Part shown: in pieces, positions 1 to 8,322 of the stretch
Numbering within the stretch: position 1 is the stretch's first letter
Layout: every line of letters starts with the position of its first letter
Source: a virus
Taxonomy: Duplodnaviria > Caudoviricetes
IMG/VR virus record: IMGVR_UViG_3300037509_000017
Location: 1 to 28,115 of that record
Strand: one strand, 5' to 3'
DNA length: 28,115 bases
Notes under the pieces: model-generated
Told to the model about the DNA's origin: nothing
Database searches by the model: none
What the model saw: the letters and a program-made list of their open reading frames with translations, nothing else
Program-made: the position numbers and the translations under genes

Positions 1-1889
1 TCAGACTTTCCACTCAGAGCAGTAATCAAGCCTGTAATATCTGACTGAGCATGAACGTGACTGGAATTCGCTTTTCCATCGAGTGCCGCCTGGAGGTCTA
101 GTTGGTCCGAGAGAGTCCCGGTCAGTGCGCCCCAAACAGGAGAAACCCCAGACACCGCAGTATCAACGTAGCCCTTTGTTGCTGCTTCAAGAGAAGTTGC
201 CGGAGCGCCTGGAAGAGTTACAGTTCCGGTAAAAGTTGGATTGTTGATCGGGGCCTTTGAAGTAAGCCCAGGGACAGTAGGAGCAGAGGCTGTCCCGCCA
301 AGGTCTCCAGCAAGTTGAATAATGCCCTTGCTGGAAATAGTGGCATCTGCCGGAGTGACACCCGAGAGAGCACTCTGAACGAATGCGGTAGTGGCAATCT
401 GAGTAGTGTTTGTTCCAGCAGTGGCCGTTGGCGCTGTTGGCGTTCCAGAGAATGCTGGAGAGGCCAAGAAAGCGAATGTCCCGGAGCCATTTGGAAGAGA
501 ATAAGAACGTCCGGCAGTCAGTGCCGAACTATCAAAGATCGCTGCAAATCCACTGGAGTTGACAATACTAAACTGCCCAGAGGCGTTTGAGAAGAGTCTT
601 ACACCCGTTGAAGGTCCAGTGGGTGCTGAGATTGCGGGCAAGCCAATATAAGCTGCGGTCCCAGTAAGGTCGCCACCAGTTCCAGAAAACTTAGAGTTAA
701 AGGTCGTCCAGTCTGTATTGGTCAACAACCCTCGCGCAGTTGAGCTTGCCGAAGGAAGATTAAGTACGCCAGATGTGCTCCACGAGGCATTGGTCCCGGT
801 TGTTGTAATGGCATTCGTGAGTGCCAATGTCCCAGTATTATTTGGAAGAGTGTAGATGCGCCCCACAGTGAGTCCAGCTAAGCTGAAGGTCGCTGGGAAT
901 CCAGAAGTGGGCATTACTGCCAAATGGCCCGAGTTATTTGAGTAGAGTTTTACTCCTGAAGTAGGTGCCGAAGCCCCCGTTGACTGACCTGGAAGCCCAA
1001 TGAACCCTGCTCCTCCAGTCCCCGTAAGCGTTCCGCCACTGATTGGGAACTTTGCATCGATCTGGCCCTGCGCTTTACCAAAGGCCGACAGAATCGTGTC
1101 CGAAGAGGTAATTGCAGCGTTGGATGCAGAAAGCCCTGGAAGTGGTTGCGCGATGACATTGCTGCCGAACCCGAGCCACGTTCCGCCGTTCAATCCCGAT
1201 AGGTAGTGCGCACTTGATGGAGTGGTGTTTGTAGGAGCATTGAATTTCGCGTTTAGCTGGCCCTGTACTTTTTCAAAAGCTTCCAGAACAGTATCCGAGA
1301 ACGTCAAAGAACTATTCGGGCCTGTCGTAAATCCAGTGAGGGGGGTAGAGCGAACCCGTGCTTCTGTAAAATATAAATTGGTCGATCCCTCTGTTACGGA
1401 GTCCGTCGATCCAGGACTTGCCACAATCTCCACATACATGGTGGAGGCCCATCGATATACTTTGCTCGTATCCAAAGCCACATAGAGAATCCCATTCGCC
1501 CCTGTTCCAGGAAAAGCGGCAAAGTTCGCATACTCTTGAACTGAGTCTACCGAGTCATAAATGTATGCAGGAGAAATTTTTGTATTTGAGTCGAGAGGCA
1601 CATACCCCAGTGCCACACCCTTATTCGCAGTATTCTCGGGGGTGAACCCAAGAGAAGCTTGCTTAGAATCCAACTGAGACTGAATAGTGCTGGCAGTAGA
1701 TACTCCAATGAGTGCTTCAAGCTCTGCCTGGGAAACGGTGGACGATTTTACCTTGTTGTCCGAATCAATGTAACATGCACTGCTCGCTTGTTGATTGGGA
1801 AGAATGAGGTCGTTAAGTACCCTAAAATTATTGGCGCTCTGCCCGTGCGCAGTCGCAGATAAAAAAAGTAGTAGTGATAAAAACCTCAT
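1..1889 (-). CDS. Fibre/adhesin-like protein with N-terminal signal peptide (3'-partial, >629 aa, runs off window start; absent from ORF track)
   Basis: ATG at 1887-1889 overlaps the stop of the collagen gene (ATGA). Hand translation begins MRFLSLLLFLSATAHGQSANNF and contains fibre-type motifs TDSVTEGSTNLYFTEAR, DTILSAFGKAQGQIDAK, GLLTNTDWTTFNSK, SPAFSGTPTAPTATAGTNTTQIATTAFV and HVHAQSDITGLITALSGK; no stop found before the window edge. Confidence 0.85.
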   Translation of the reverse strand, partial: MRFLSLLLFLSATAHGQSANNFRVLNDLILPNQQASSACYIDSDNKVKSSTVSQAELEALIGVSTASTIQSQLDSKQASLGFTPENTANKGVALGYVPLDSNTKISPAYIYDSVDSVQEYANFAAFPGTGANGILYVALDTSKVYRWASTMYVEIVASPGSTDSVTEGSTNLYFTEARVRSTPLTGFTTGPNSSLTFSDTVLEAFEKVQGQLNAKFNAPTNTTPSSAHYLSGLNGGTWLGFGSNVIAQPLPGLSASNAAITSSDTILSAFGKAQGQIDAKFPISGGTLTGTGGAGFIGLPGQSTGASAPTSGVKLYSNNSGHLAVMPTSGFPATFSLAGLTVGRIYTLPNNTGTLALTNAITTTGTNASWSTSGVLNLPSASSTARGLLTNTDWTTFNSKFSGTGGDLTGTAAYIGLPAISAPTGPSTGVRLFSNASGQFSIVNSSGFAAIFDSSALTAGRSYSLPNGSGTFAFLASPAFSGTPTAPTATAGTNTTQIATTAFVQSALSGVTPADATISSKGIIQLAGDLGGTASAPTVPGLTSKAPINNPTFTGTVTLPGAPATSLEAATKGYVDTAVSGVSPVWGALTGTLSDQLDLQAALDGKANSSHVHAQSDITGLITALSGKS

Positions 1890-3487
1890 GATGATTCCCC
1901 CAAAGTTAGAGTCGAATAGTACACTGGACCTGTTAAATCTTCGTCCGAGTTTGTATTAATAGTATAGCCATCCATCGTAATATTTTCAAAGGACCACAAC
2001 CGAGCGTCAGAGCCTATAGGCTGAGTCGGAACATATGGAGAATCCCACGGAGTTTGGAAAACCACGTTGGCTTTCAAAGGAGAGCCGCCAAAATCTGTAG
2101 GCTGAAGAACGCCGGATTTATACGGCTTTGCTGCTCCTGGGTCTGATTCTCCCAGCGGAATAGTGGAATAATAAACAGGGCCTGAGAGTGGATCGTCTGA
2201 ATTGGTGTTGATTACATAGCCTTCGAGCGTGACGTTCTCGATCGTGTAGAATCTGGCATCTGCTCCCGCTGGCTGAGAAGGAGCGTATGGAAGTCTCCAA
2301 GGTGTCGAGAAAGTGACAGTAGCTTTCTTCGGACTGTCCACGAAATCACCTGGAGTCAATACTCCCGTCTTAAATTTGACTGGCCCGGTGCCGCTTCCAC
2401 CGCCTGCCGTAGCTGCTCCCCCAACAGAGTTGTACACATTCGGTCGGGGGAGCTTTACGGCGTTGGTTGTGATTGCGGTGCCGTCGGAAAATTCAAAAAT
2501 AAATTCAACTACGCCAGTGCGAAGTTCTTCAACACGAATGTCGGTAATGTACGGAGCATCTTTTCCATCTACTCCGTCACGGCCATCTTTCCCGGCCCTT
2601 CCATCGCGGCCTGAAATGCCTGGTAAACCGCGTGGGCCTTGCTTGCCCTGCTTGCCGTCTTCTCCCTTATCCCCTTGGACTCCGCGCTGTCCCCGTGGGC
2701 CACGAGAGCCGCGCAGAGACAGGCGGTCCTCGTCCGTGAGGTCACTAAACCTAAGTTTAAGGGAGTCCTTTTCTTGTTCGGAGAGATCAGAAAAATGCAA
2801 TCGCAGTTTCTCGACCTCTTCAGGCGTAAAGTCTGAAAACTTTGGTTTCAAGGATTCGAAGAAACTTCGGTGTTCCTCAAAAACAAAATCCCGCCCATTG
2901 TTGCCGTCACGGCCATCCCTTCCGTCACGACCTCTGGGGCCTCGAATCTGCTCAATGTCCTCAGCGGACAAATCAGAGAATTTTAGCTTGAGAGAGTCAG
3001 ATAAATTCCCAACCACCTCTCTACATATATTCTCAATCTTCTCTCGGTTCTTTTCAAACGAAAAGTCTTCCCCATCACGACCATCTCGCCCGCGTGGGCC
3101 TCGAAGTTGGGAAATCTCCTCTGTGGAGAGATCGGAGAATTTTAATTTTAAAACTTCTTGCTGGGAAGATACGAATTCCCGTAGGAGATTCGAAATCTCG
3201 GATTGATTCTCCTCAAAGGAGAAGTCCTTACCATCTCGTCCGTCTCTCCCCTTTGGGCCTCTGAGCTTTTCTATCTCGTCGGCACTTAGGTCTTCAAATT
3301 TGAGAGCGAACTCTTTCGCCCAAGCCCGAATCGTATCTGCATGTTCTTGAATATCGAAATCTTTACCGTCACGGCCAGCGGCACCTCGCTGGCCTCTTGG
3401 GCCTCGATGTGGGGCGGTAGTAGGGAGCGAAGCTAATCGCTCCTCCACCTTCTTTACCAGTAGTGCGATGAAGATTTCATTTTTCAA
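1886..3487 (-). CDS. Collagen-like (Gly-X-Y) repeat structural protein with tandem duplicated C-terminal domain
   Basis: Repeated LKFxDLSxEEIxxLRGPRGRDGRDGxDF units, a longer GxY run, and two ~78 aa C-terminal repeats ending GPVYYSTxxLGES; TTG start with GAGG upstream, directly after the portal. Confidence 0.8.
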   Translation of the reverse strand: MKNEIFIALLVKKVEERLASLPTTAPHRGPRGQRGAAGRDGKDFDIQEHADTIRAWAKEFALKFEDLSADEIEKLRGPKGRDGRDGKDFSFEENQSEISNLLREFVSSQQEVLKLKFSDLSTEEISQLRGPRGRDGRDGEDFSFEKNREKIENICREVVGNLSDSLKLKFSDLSAEDIEQIRGPRGRDGRDGRDGNNGRDFVFEEHRSFFESLKPKFSDFTPEEVEKLRLHFSDLSEQEKDSLKLRFSDLTDEDRLSLRGSRGPRGQRGVQGDKGEDGKQGKQGPRGLPGISGRDGRAGKDGRDGVDGKDAPYITDIRVEELRTGVVEFIFEFSDGTAITTNAVKLPRPNVYNSVGGAATAGGGSGTGPVKFKTGVLTPGDFVDSPKKATVTFSTPWRLPYAPSQPAGADARFYTIENVTLEGYVINTNSDDPLSGPVYYSTIPLGESDPGAAKPYKSGVLQPTDFGGSPLKANVVFQTPWDSPYVPTQPIGSDARLWSFENITMDGYTINTNSDEDLTGPVYYSTLTLGESS

Positions 3488-3496
3488 GTCTCAACC

Positions 3497-4783
3497 TCAT
3501 GCGCTTCCAGTGAGGAACTTCAAGGCAGCTTTTTCAAGCTCCGGGTTTTTGTCCTCTGGGGGCTGAGGTGATTCAAGTTGTTTGGTTTTTTGAGCAATGT
3601 TCGCGTCGATGACTTCATCCATGCGATCCACTGGCGTGTAGTTGTTTGTGGCAATGTAGTAATTATCGCCTTCTTTATAGCCAGGAAGCCCTTCAAGATT
3701 TCTCGCCTGATTCGGAGTCATTGCTCCGATTGAAAGCATCGTCTTGTAGTAATCTGCTCTCGATTTCATATCCCCTCTGAAGATCGAGCGAAGATCAATT
3801 TCTGTAAATCTTCCGCCGTAGCGGTTGTTCAGAATTTTCACATCGGCTTCCATCTCAAGGTTGGTCGCCCAGGTATCGAGAGTGTCGGTGGCTACTTCTA
3901 AGTTGGCTTGTTCTACGTTGGAATATGTTGCTGCCGTGACATCGAAAAGTTTTGTAGGAGGGACTCCGAGGAATCGTGCGATCTCAAGGACTCCGAACTG
4001 TCTGGACTCCAAGAATTGAAGGGCGTTTGGATCAACGCCGACTGATTCGTACTTCATGCCTTCTTCAAGAATAGAAGTAGAACCGCTCTTCTTTCCGCCT
4101 TGCTGTTCTGCCCAGGAATCTTTCAGGCGCTTGTACGCTTCATCAGAAAGCCTTCCTGGGTGAGTGAGAATCCCAGAAGGGATACCAGAGTTGTAGAAAA
4201 TCCCAGAGGCCATGTTGTCGGCTGCGATCTGGATTCCAAGAACCTCTCTGCCATAAGCTGCAACACCCTGGCCGATCAGACCATCGCGAGTATGAAAGTT
4301 TGGAAGATGGTAGATATCCCGAGGAGCAAAATATGCAGTGCCGCCATCTGGATTGGTGTAAACGTAAACGAGTGCTCCGTTCGTAGCCCGAGCAAGCTCC
4401 ATGCGCTGGGGTTCAAGTGGCCAAAGAGCTATTGGGCGGCCAGCACCGTCCCGCTCGATCTCGGCATAGGCGTTCCCGTGGATGATCGCGTTCTGAACCA
4501 TACAAAGACGAAAACGAAAGGCATTCATCTCTGGATTCGGAGCCAAGTTCAAAAGATTGGAGACTCCTCCAGGGACAATCTTATTGTCCACATCTTTCAC
4601 ATCCCATGGAAGTTTTGCAATCTGGGTGGAGATATAAATAACCCCCCGATTGAAAGCGGCCACCTGCATTGCGGAATCTTCGTTTACAACTGTTCCGCCT
4701 CGACTGAAAAAAGGGCGGCGGGGGCCAAAGATGTACTTACCCGGTGATGCAATCCTCGCCCATATTGCCTTGAATATGTTCAT
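3497..4783 (-). CDS. Phage portal protein, HK97 family
   Basis: 428 aa; LLNLAPNPEMNAFRF, HGNAYAEI, QFLESRQF..EIARFLGVPP, TYSNVEQ, MTPNQARNLEGL. Confidence 0.95.
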   Translation of the reverse strand: MNIFKAIWARIASPGKYIFGPRRPFFSRGGTVVNEDSAMQVAAFNRGVIYISTQIAKLPWDVKDVDNKIVPGGVSNLLNLAPNPEMNAFRFRLCMVQNAIIHGNAYAEIERDGAGRPIALWPLEPQRMELARATNGALVYVYTNPDGGTAYFAPRDIYHLPNFHTRDGLIGQGVAAYGREVLGIQIAADNMASGIFYNSGIPSGILTHPGRLSDEAYKRLKDSWAEQQGGKKSGSTSILEEGMKYESVGVDPNALQFLESRQFGVLEIARFLGVPPTKLFDVTAATYSNVEQANLEVATDTLDTWATNLEMEADVKILNNRYGGRFTEIDLRSIFRGDMKSRADYYKTMLSIGAMTPNQARNLEGLPGYKEGDNYYIATNNYTPVDRMDEVIDANIAQKTKQLESPQPPEDKNPELEKAALKFLTGSA

Positions 4784-4802
4784 CCTAACCCCCGCCTCTC
4801 AG

Positions 4803-5258
4803 TTATTTAGATTTCTCTTCCTTAGAACTATCTCCTGATTCTTGGTCGTTGGCAACTTGCTCCGCCGCCTTCTCGGCGTTCGCCACGACTTCTTCAGGAT
4901 TTGCCCCAGCCACACGAGCTACGGGTTCCTCGGTTTCACCTTCTACGATCTCGCCGCCCCGCTTGAGCCAGCGATTGATCATATCGGCACCGACGATCTC
5001 GTATACCTGTCCCTTGAGGAAGATCGGATTATCCAGGTCGTTGTAATACTTGTTCTCAGAGAAGCGCATCTTCACTGTTTTCTTGGCCTGGTCCTCATCG
5101 TTCAGGGTCGGGGTGCTTGCACTCAGGGCAGCCTGAGCCGATTGAGCAAATTCTTGCTTCAAGGTATCAGTCTGCGGAGTGATGTGGTGCTTGGAAGCAT
5201 CTTTTGAGAAATGCTTCCCTTTGTGGGTTTTATGGGTCTCATGGTGTTTACTTGGCAT
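4803..5258 (-). CDS. Hypothetical head-module protein
   Basis: 151 aa ORF with GAGGT RBS; His/Lys-rich N-terminus, acidic C-terminus; lies between head genes. Confidence 0.75.
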   Translation of the reverse strand: MPSKHHETHKTHKGKHFSKDASKHHITPQTDTLKQEFAQSAQAALSASTPTLNDEDQAKKTVKMRFSENKYYNDLDNPIFLKGQVYEIVGADMINRWLKRGGEIVEGETEEPVARVAGANPEEVVANAEKAAEQVANDQESGDSSKEEKSK

Positions 5259-5284
5259 AGTCTACCTCTTTCTTTGTGGTTGTT

Positions 5285-5320
5285 AAAAAAGAAACGGGAA
5301 GCCTATGCGGCTCCCCGTTC
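5285..5320 (-). terminator. Rho-independent terminator after capsid/161-aa gene pair
   Basis: Minus strand: GAACGGGGAGCC-GCAT-AGGCTTCCCGTTTC followed by TTTTTT. Confidence 0.75.
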
Positions 5321-5358
5321 CCTTGGGCGATATTTAGCCGCTCTCTGCCTGGGCCGTA

Positions 5359-5844
5359 TTAGACGGCAGAGGAGTAAGCGGGAGCTTCGGTCGCACCGTG
5401 GCCGATGGCGATAACTGTTCCCAGTTGAGCGCCGCCAGCATCAGTGAGATCGAGAGACACATAGCGATTGCCTTCGCTAAGCTGCTCTTGAAGAACTTCG
5501 AACACCACGATGCTTGCGTTGTCGCCAAGCAAAGAGTGGAGGTCGTAGCTGTCAGTCTCAGTGTTTGGCTGAACTTTGGTGAATGAGGTAGCATTTCCTA
5601 CTTTGTGGAAGTACGGATTGCTGATCGCAAGTGGAGCCGGAGTTCCAGCGGAAGGGACACTGTGCTGCTTCAGCGCGAAGGTGTGAGCATCAGTGGTAGT
5701 GCCTGCGCCGAGGATGGCAACGAAAGACACGCGCTTGAACTTGCGCATGTCGATACGACCACCAGTGTTGGCTCCGGTGTTGAGGTCTACAGGTCCGATG
5801 ATCGTCTTCACGATCCCTTGTTCCATTAAAAGTGCTTCTTTCAT
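5359..5844 (-). CDS. Capsid-associated protein (possible decoration/cement protein)
   Basis: 161 aa, strong AAGGAG RBS, immediately downstream of major capsid and upstream of a terminator; function inferred from position only. Confidence 0.7.
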   Translation of the reverse strand: MKEALLMEQGIVKTIIGPVDLNTGANTGGRIDMRKFKRVSFVAILGAGTTTDAHTFALKQHSVPSAGTPAPLAISNPYFHKVGNATSFTKVQPNTETDSYDLHSLLGDNASIVVFEVLQEQLSEGNRYVSLDLTDAGGAQLGTVIAIGHGATEAPAYSSAV

Positions 5845-5894
5845 GTTTTCTCCTTAAAGAAATTGTTTAAAGTCTCTGGGTTGTTTCAAAGTTT

Positions 5895-5927
5895 AGCGGC
5901 CCGATTCTGATTCAGAACCGGGCCGCT
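5895..5927. other. Long GC-rich stem-loop between capsid gene and 161-aa gene
   Basis: AGCGGCCCGATTCTGA-T-TCAGAACCGGGCCGCT near-perfect inverted repeat with no clear U-tract (attenuator, stabiliser or processing site). Confidence 0.6.
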
Positions 5928-5933
5928 GCTAAA

Positions 5934-7211
5934 TTAGCGTGCTTCGAGAAGAACGATTGCCGACATCGCGTAGTTACCGAATTCAGTGGTAACTGGTGCA
6001 GTGAAAGGCACTTTACCGTCAACCCGGAGTGAGAACCGGAAAGAGGTGATCTCACGATCGAAGTGCAAGTGGATCGAAGTCGCAGACTTGATTCCAGCCG
6101 CCTTACGGATCATGTAGTAGTAGCTCAGGTCAGCGAAAACGATATCGCCAACATCACCAAGGGCTGGCATTCCGCCCATGAGAGGTACAACCGGACGACC
6201 GAGAAGGGTCGCATACGGAGACTGGTTCATCTGGCTGCCAGGAGTCAGATAGATGAAGTTGTCGTTCGCATCTTTCAGCAAGCGAAGTTGTTCTTCAACC
6301 GCTGGGTTGATGTACCAAACTGCGTTCGGACGAGAGCTTGGGAACATGCGAGAATACATTTTCACGATATTTTCAGCTTGAACCGAATCAGCCGCTTGAC
6401 CAGACTCTTTGCTCACAGTCACTGCGAAGCTAGAGTTGATGATCCCGAGTGGCTTTCCAACACCGTTTCCGGTGAGGATTGCGCTGTTCACTTTATGCAT
6501 GATTGCATTTGGAGCAGCGGCCATGATGTAGGACTCAAGGGCAGTCGCATCTTCTAGAAGCTCGTCGGTAGCCTTAACGAGGGCTGCGAGCTTCTGCAAG
6601 CGCCAGCTTGCCTGCTTGAAAGAAGGCTTGCTCTCAGTGATAGGAGCACCTTCTGCGGTCCAGTACGCCTGAATCCCGTTGTTCCAAGGCTGAGCCTCGT
6701 CCACGTTGATGGTAAGTGCGTTACCGCCAACTTGGAAAGAAGTCGTGCGAGCCATGAGGGAATCATCGCCAGCAAGTTTCTTCAGGATGGCATTGCTGAT
6801 TTCTTCTGGAACGAGGAAACCACCATCTTCACCAACAGACTCTTTCATTACAGAGTTCTGGAGGCGCTTGTCGAGTTCACCAGTTTGGCCAGCTTTTTTA
6901 ACTGCCATGAGCCATGCTCCGGCAGATTCAAAGCCGCCCATTTTCTGGCCGCGATCAACGCCGCCAGAAACCGATGGAGTAGTTGAAGTTGCAGCCGGAA
7001 CAGTCTTGCGACCAGTGGAGGTGTTAGCACGAGCTTTCATTGCTTCCATTTTCTCCGCAGCGGCAAGCTGGGTGTTGAGGGACTCGAACTCAGAGTTCAA
7101 GTTCTCGATTTGGTTGAGTTGGTCTTCAGAATAGCCGTCATCGCCAGCGGAAATACCTTCCAGGGATGCAGCGATCTCGGCAAGACGGGCGCGAATTTGT
7201 TCGATGTTCAT
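5934..7211 (-). CDS. Major capsid protein, HK97 fold
   Basis: 425 aa; coiled-coil delta-domain-like N-terminus, DGGFLVPEE, AYWTAEG, TDELLED, ILTGNGVGKPLGI, TLLGRPV, FRFSLRVDG. Confidence 0.95.
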   Translation of the reverse strand: MNIEQIRARLAEIAASLEGISAGDDGYSEDQLNQIENLNSEFESLNTQLAAAEKMEAMKARANTSTGRKTVPAATSTTPSVSGGVDRGQKMGGFESAGAWLMAVKKAGQTGELDKRLQNSVMKESVGEDGGFLVPEEISNAILKKLAGDDSLMARTTSFQVGGNALTINVDEAQPWNNGIQAYWTAEGAPITESKPSFKQASWRLQKLAALVKATDELLEDATALESYIMAAAPNAIMHKVNSAILTGNGVGKPLGIINSSFAVTVSKESGQAADSVQAENIVKMYSRMFPSSRPNAVWYINPAVEEQLRLLKDANDNFIYLTPGSQMNQSPYATLLGRPVVPLMGGMPALGDVGDIVFADLSYYYMIRKAAGIKSATSIHLHFDREITSFRFSLRVDGKVPFTAPVTTEFGNYAMSAIVLLEAR

Positions 7212-7271
7212 TTTTCTTCCTCTCCTTCAGAGAAATTGTTTTTGTTAGTACCTACCCATCGGCGAGATGCG

Positions 7272-7991
7272 CTATTTGCGATCAATACGCTTCAGGACTT
7301 TTTCTTTCAAAGCATTCACTTTCATTGCAGTTGCTTCTTTCTCAGAAAAATACTTTCCTGGTTTTTTAGCAATCCAACGAGAGTTGATGGCGCTTGCGGC
7401 GATTGCCACCGTATCTTCTACCTTGGAATCGACGAAGCCCATATCAATGGCTTCATCAGCGCCTAACCAAGTTTCCTTTTCTAGCATTGAGCGAAGTTCG
7501 CTCTTTTCCAGTCCAGTTCTCTTAGCGTAGATTCCAAGCATTTGTTCTTCAACGTCCATGAGCCTGTTCACGGTGTTGTCTAGGTCCATGCGGTTCCCCA
7601 TGCTGATGGTCCACGGCAAGTGGATCATGAAAAGGGCACCTTCTCCGATTTTGATTTCATCGCCCGCAAGTGCGATGATCGATGCGATCGAAGCAGCAAG
7701 GCCATCAATGTAAATTATTTTCTTCGCTTTGTGTTGGCGAAGACGATTGTAAATTGCGATCCCGTCGAACACGTCACCACCTGGAGAGTTGATGCGAACA
7801 TGGATAGTGTTCACAGTCTCTGGAAGTCTTTTGAGTTCGTCTGAAAATTGTTTTGCAGAAATCATGGAGCCATCGTTCCAGTAATCCTGGCCGATGCCCG
7901 CATAGACAACAACCTCAGCTTCGGTAGCTGATTTGTTCATCACTTTGAGCGGACTGCCTGCTCGGCACCCTTTGAAGTCTAGTAATCGCAT
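7272..7991 (-). CDS. Prohead maturation protease, ClpP/S14 family
   Basis: RINSPGGDVFDG, DGLAASIAS (catalytic Ser), FMIH (His), ETWLGADEA. Confidence 0.95.
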   Translation of the reverse strand: MRLLDFKGCRAGSPLKVMNKSATEAEVVVYAGIGQDYWNDGSMISAKQFSDELKRLPETVNTIHVRINSPGGDVFDGIAIYNRLRQHKAKKIIYIDGLAASIASIIALAGDEIKIGEGALFMIHLPWTISMGNRMDLDNTVNRLMDVEEQMLGIYAKRTGLEKSELRSMLEKETWLGADEAIDMGFVDSKVEDTVAIAASAINSRWIAKKPGKYFSEKEATAMKVNALKEKVLKRIDRK

Positions 7992-8008
7992 GGATTCCCC
8001 TTGTTTCG

Positions 8009-8037
8009 ATATTGGGCAAGAATTGCACCCCTGTAAA
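8009..8037 (-). promoter_or_regulatory. sigma70-like promoter for protease/capsid genes
   Basis: TTTACA-17 bp-CAATAT upstream of AAGGGG RBS of the protease. Confidence 0.45.
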
Positions 8038-8052
8038 GAATAAAATACTGGT

Positions 8053-8322
8053 TTACTTCAGTCGGTACAAGTGGAAAACAAAAGGACCAAATTGGAAGGA
8101 CGCCAAGTAAGTGGCGCTCAATGGAATTTCGTGTCCAGTGCCGTACAATCCGAAGTCAAATTCTTCGCGGGCGATGCCATCTTGAACCTCTAGCCAAACA
8201 TGAGGCCGATCTCCTTGCAACATCAGACTGAGGAATTTCCAACCTTTAGGCAGATCGAGAGTGAAAGTTCTCTCCTGCATGGGTATAGGCCATTTATAAA
8301 CGGTCTTGAAGTTGTTCACCAT
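8053..8322 (-). CDS. Small conserved phage protein (DUF7352-like)
   Basis: 89 aa; TVYKWPI...LDLPKG...LSLMLQ...YGTGHEIP...YLASFQ..FVFHLY; start overlaps terL stop. Confidence 0.7.
   Translation of the reverse strand: MVNNFKTVYKWPIPMQERTFTLDLPKGWKFLSLMLQGDRPHVWLEVQDGIAREEFDFGLYGTGHEIPLSATYLASFQFGPFVFHLYRLK

Noticed and set aside
218-1862. Short ORFs listed over 218-1862
   Set aside because: Shadows of the long minus-strand fibre gene that the track missed because it runs off the edge
1886-2400. Duplicated C-terminal domains as DGR template/variable repeats
   Set aside because: Both copies are in-frame coding and differ at all base types; no reverse transcriptase in the window
2313-3206. 297-aa plus-strand ORF (and similar antisense ORFs at 4100, 6063, 8520)
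   Set aside because: Antisense to well-supported structural genes; no motifs
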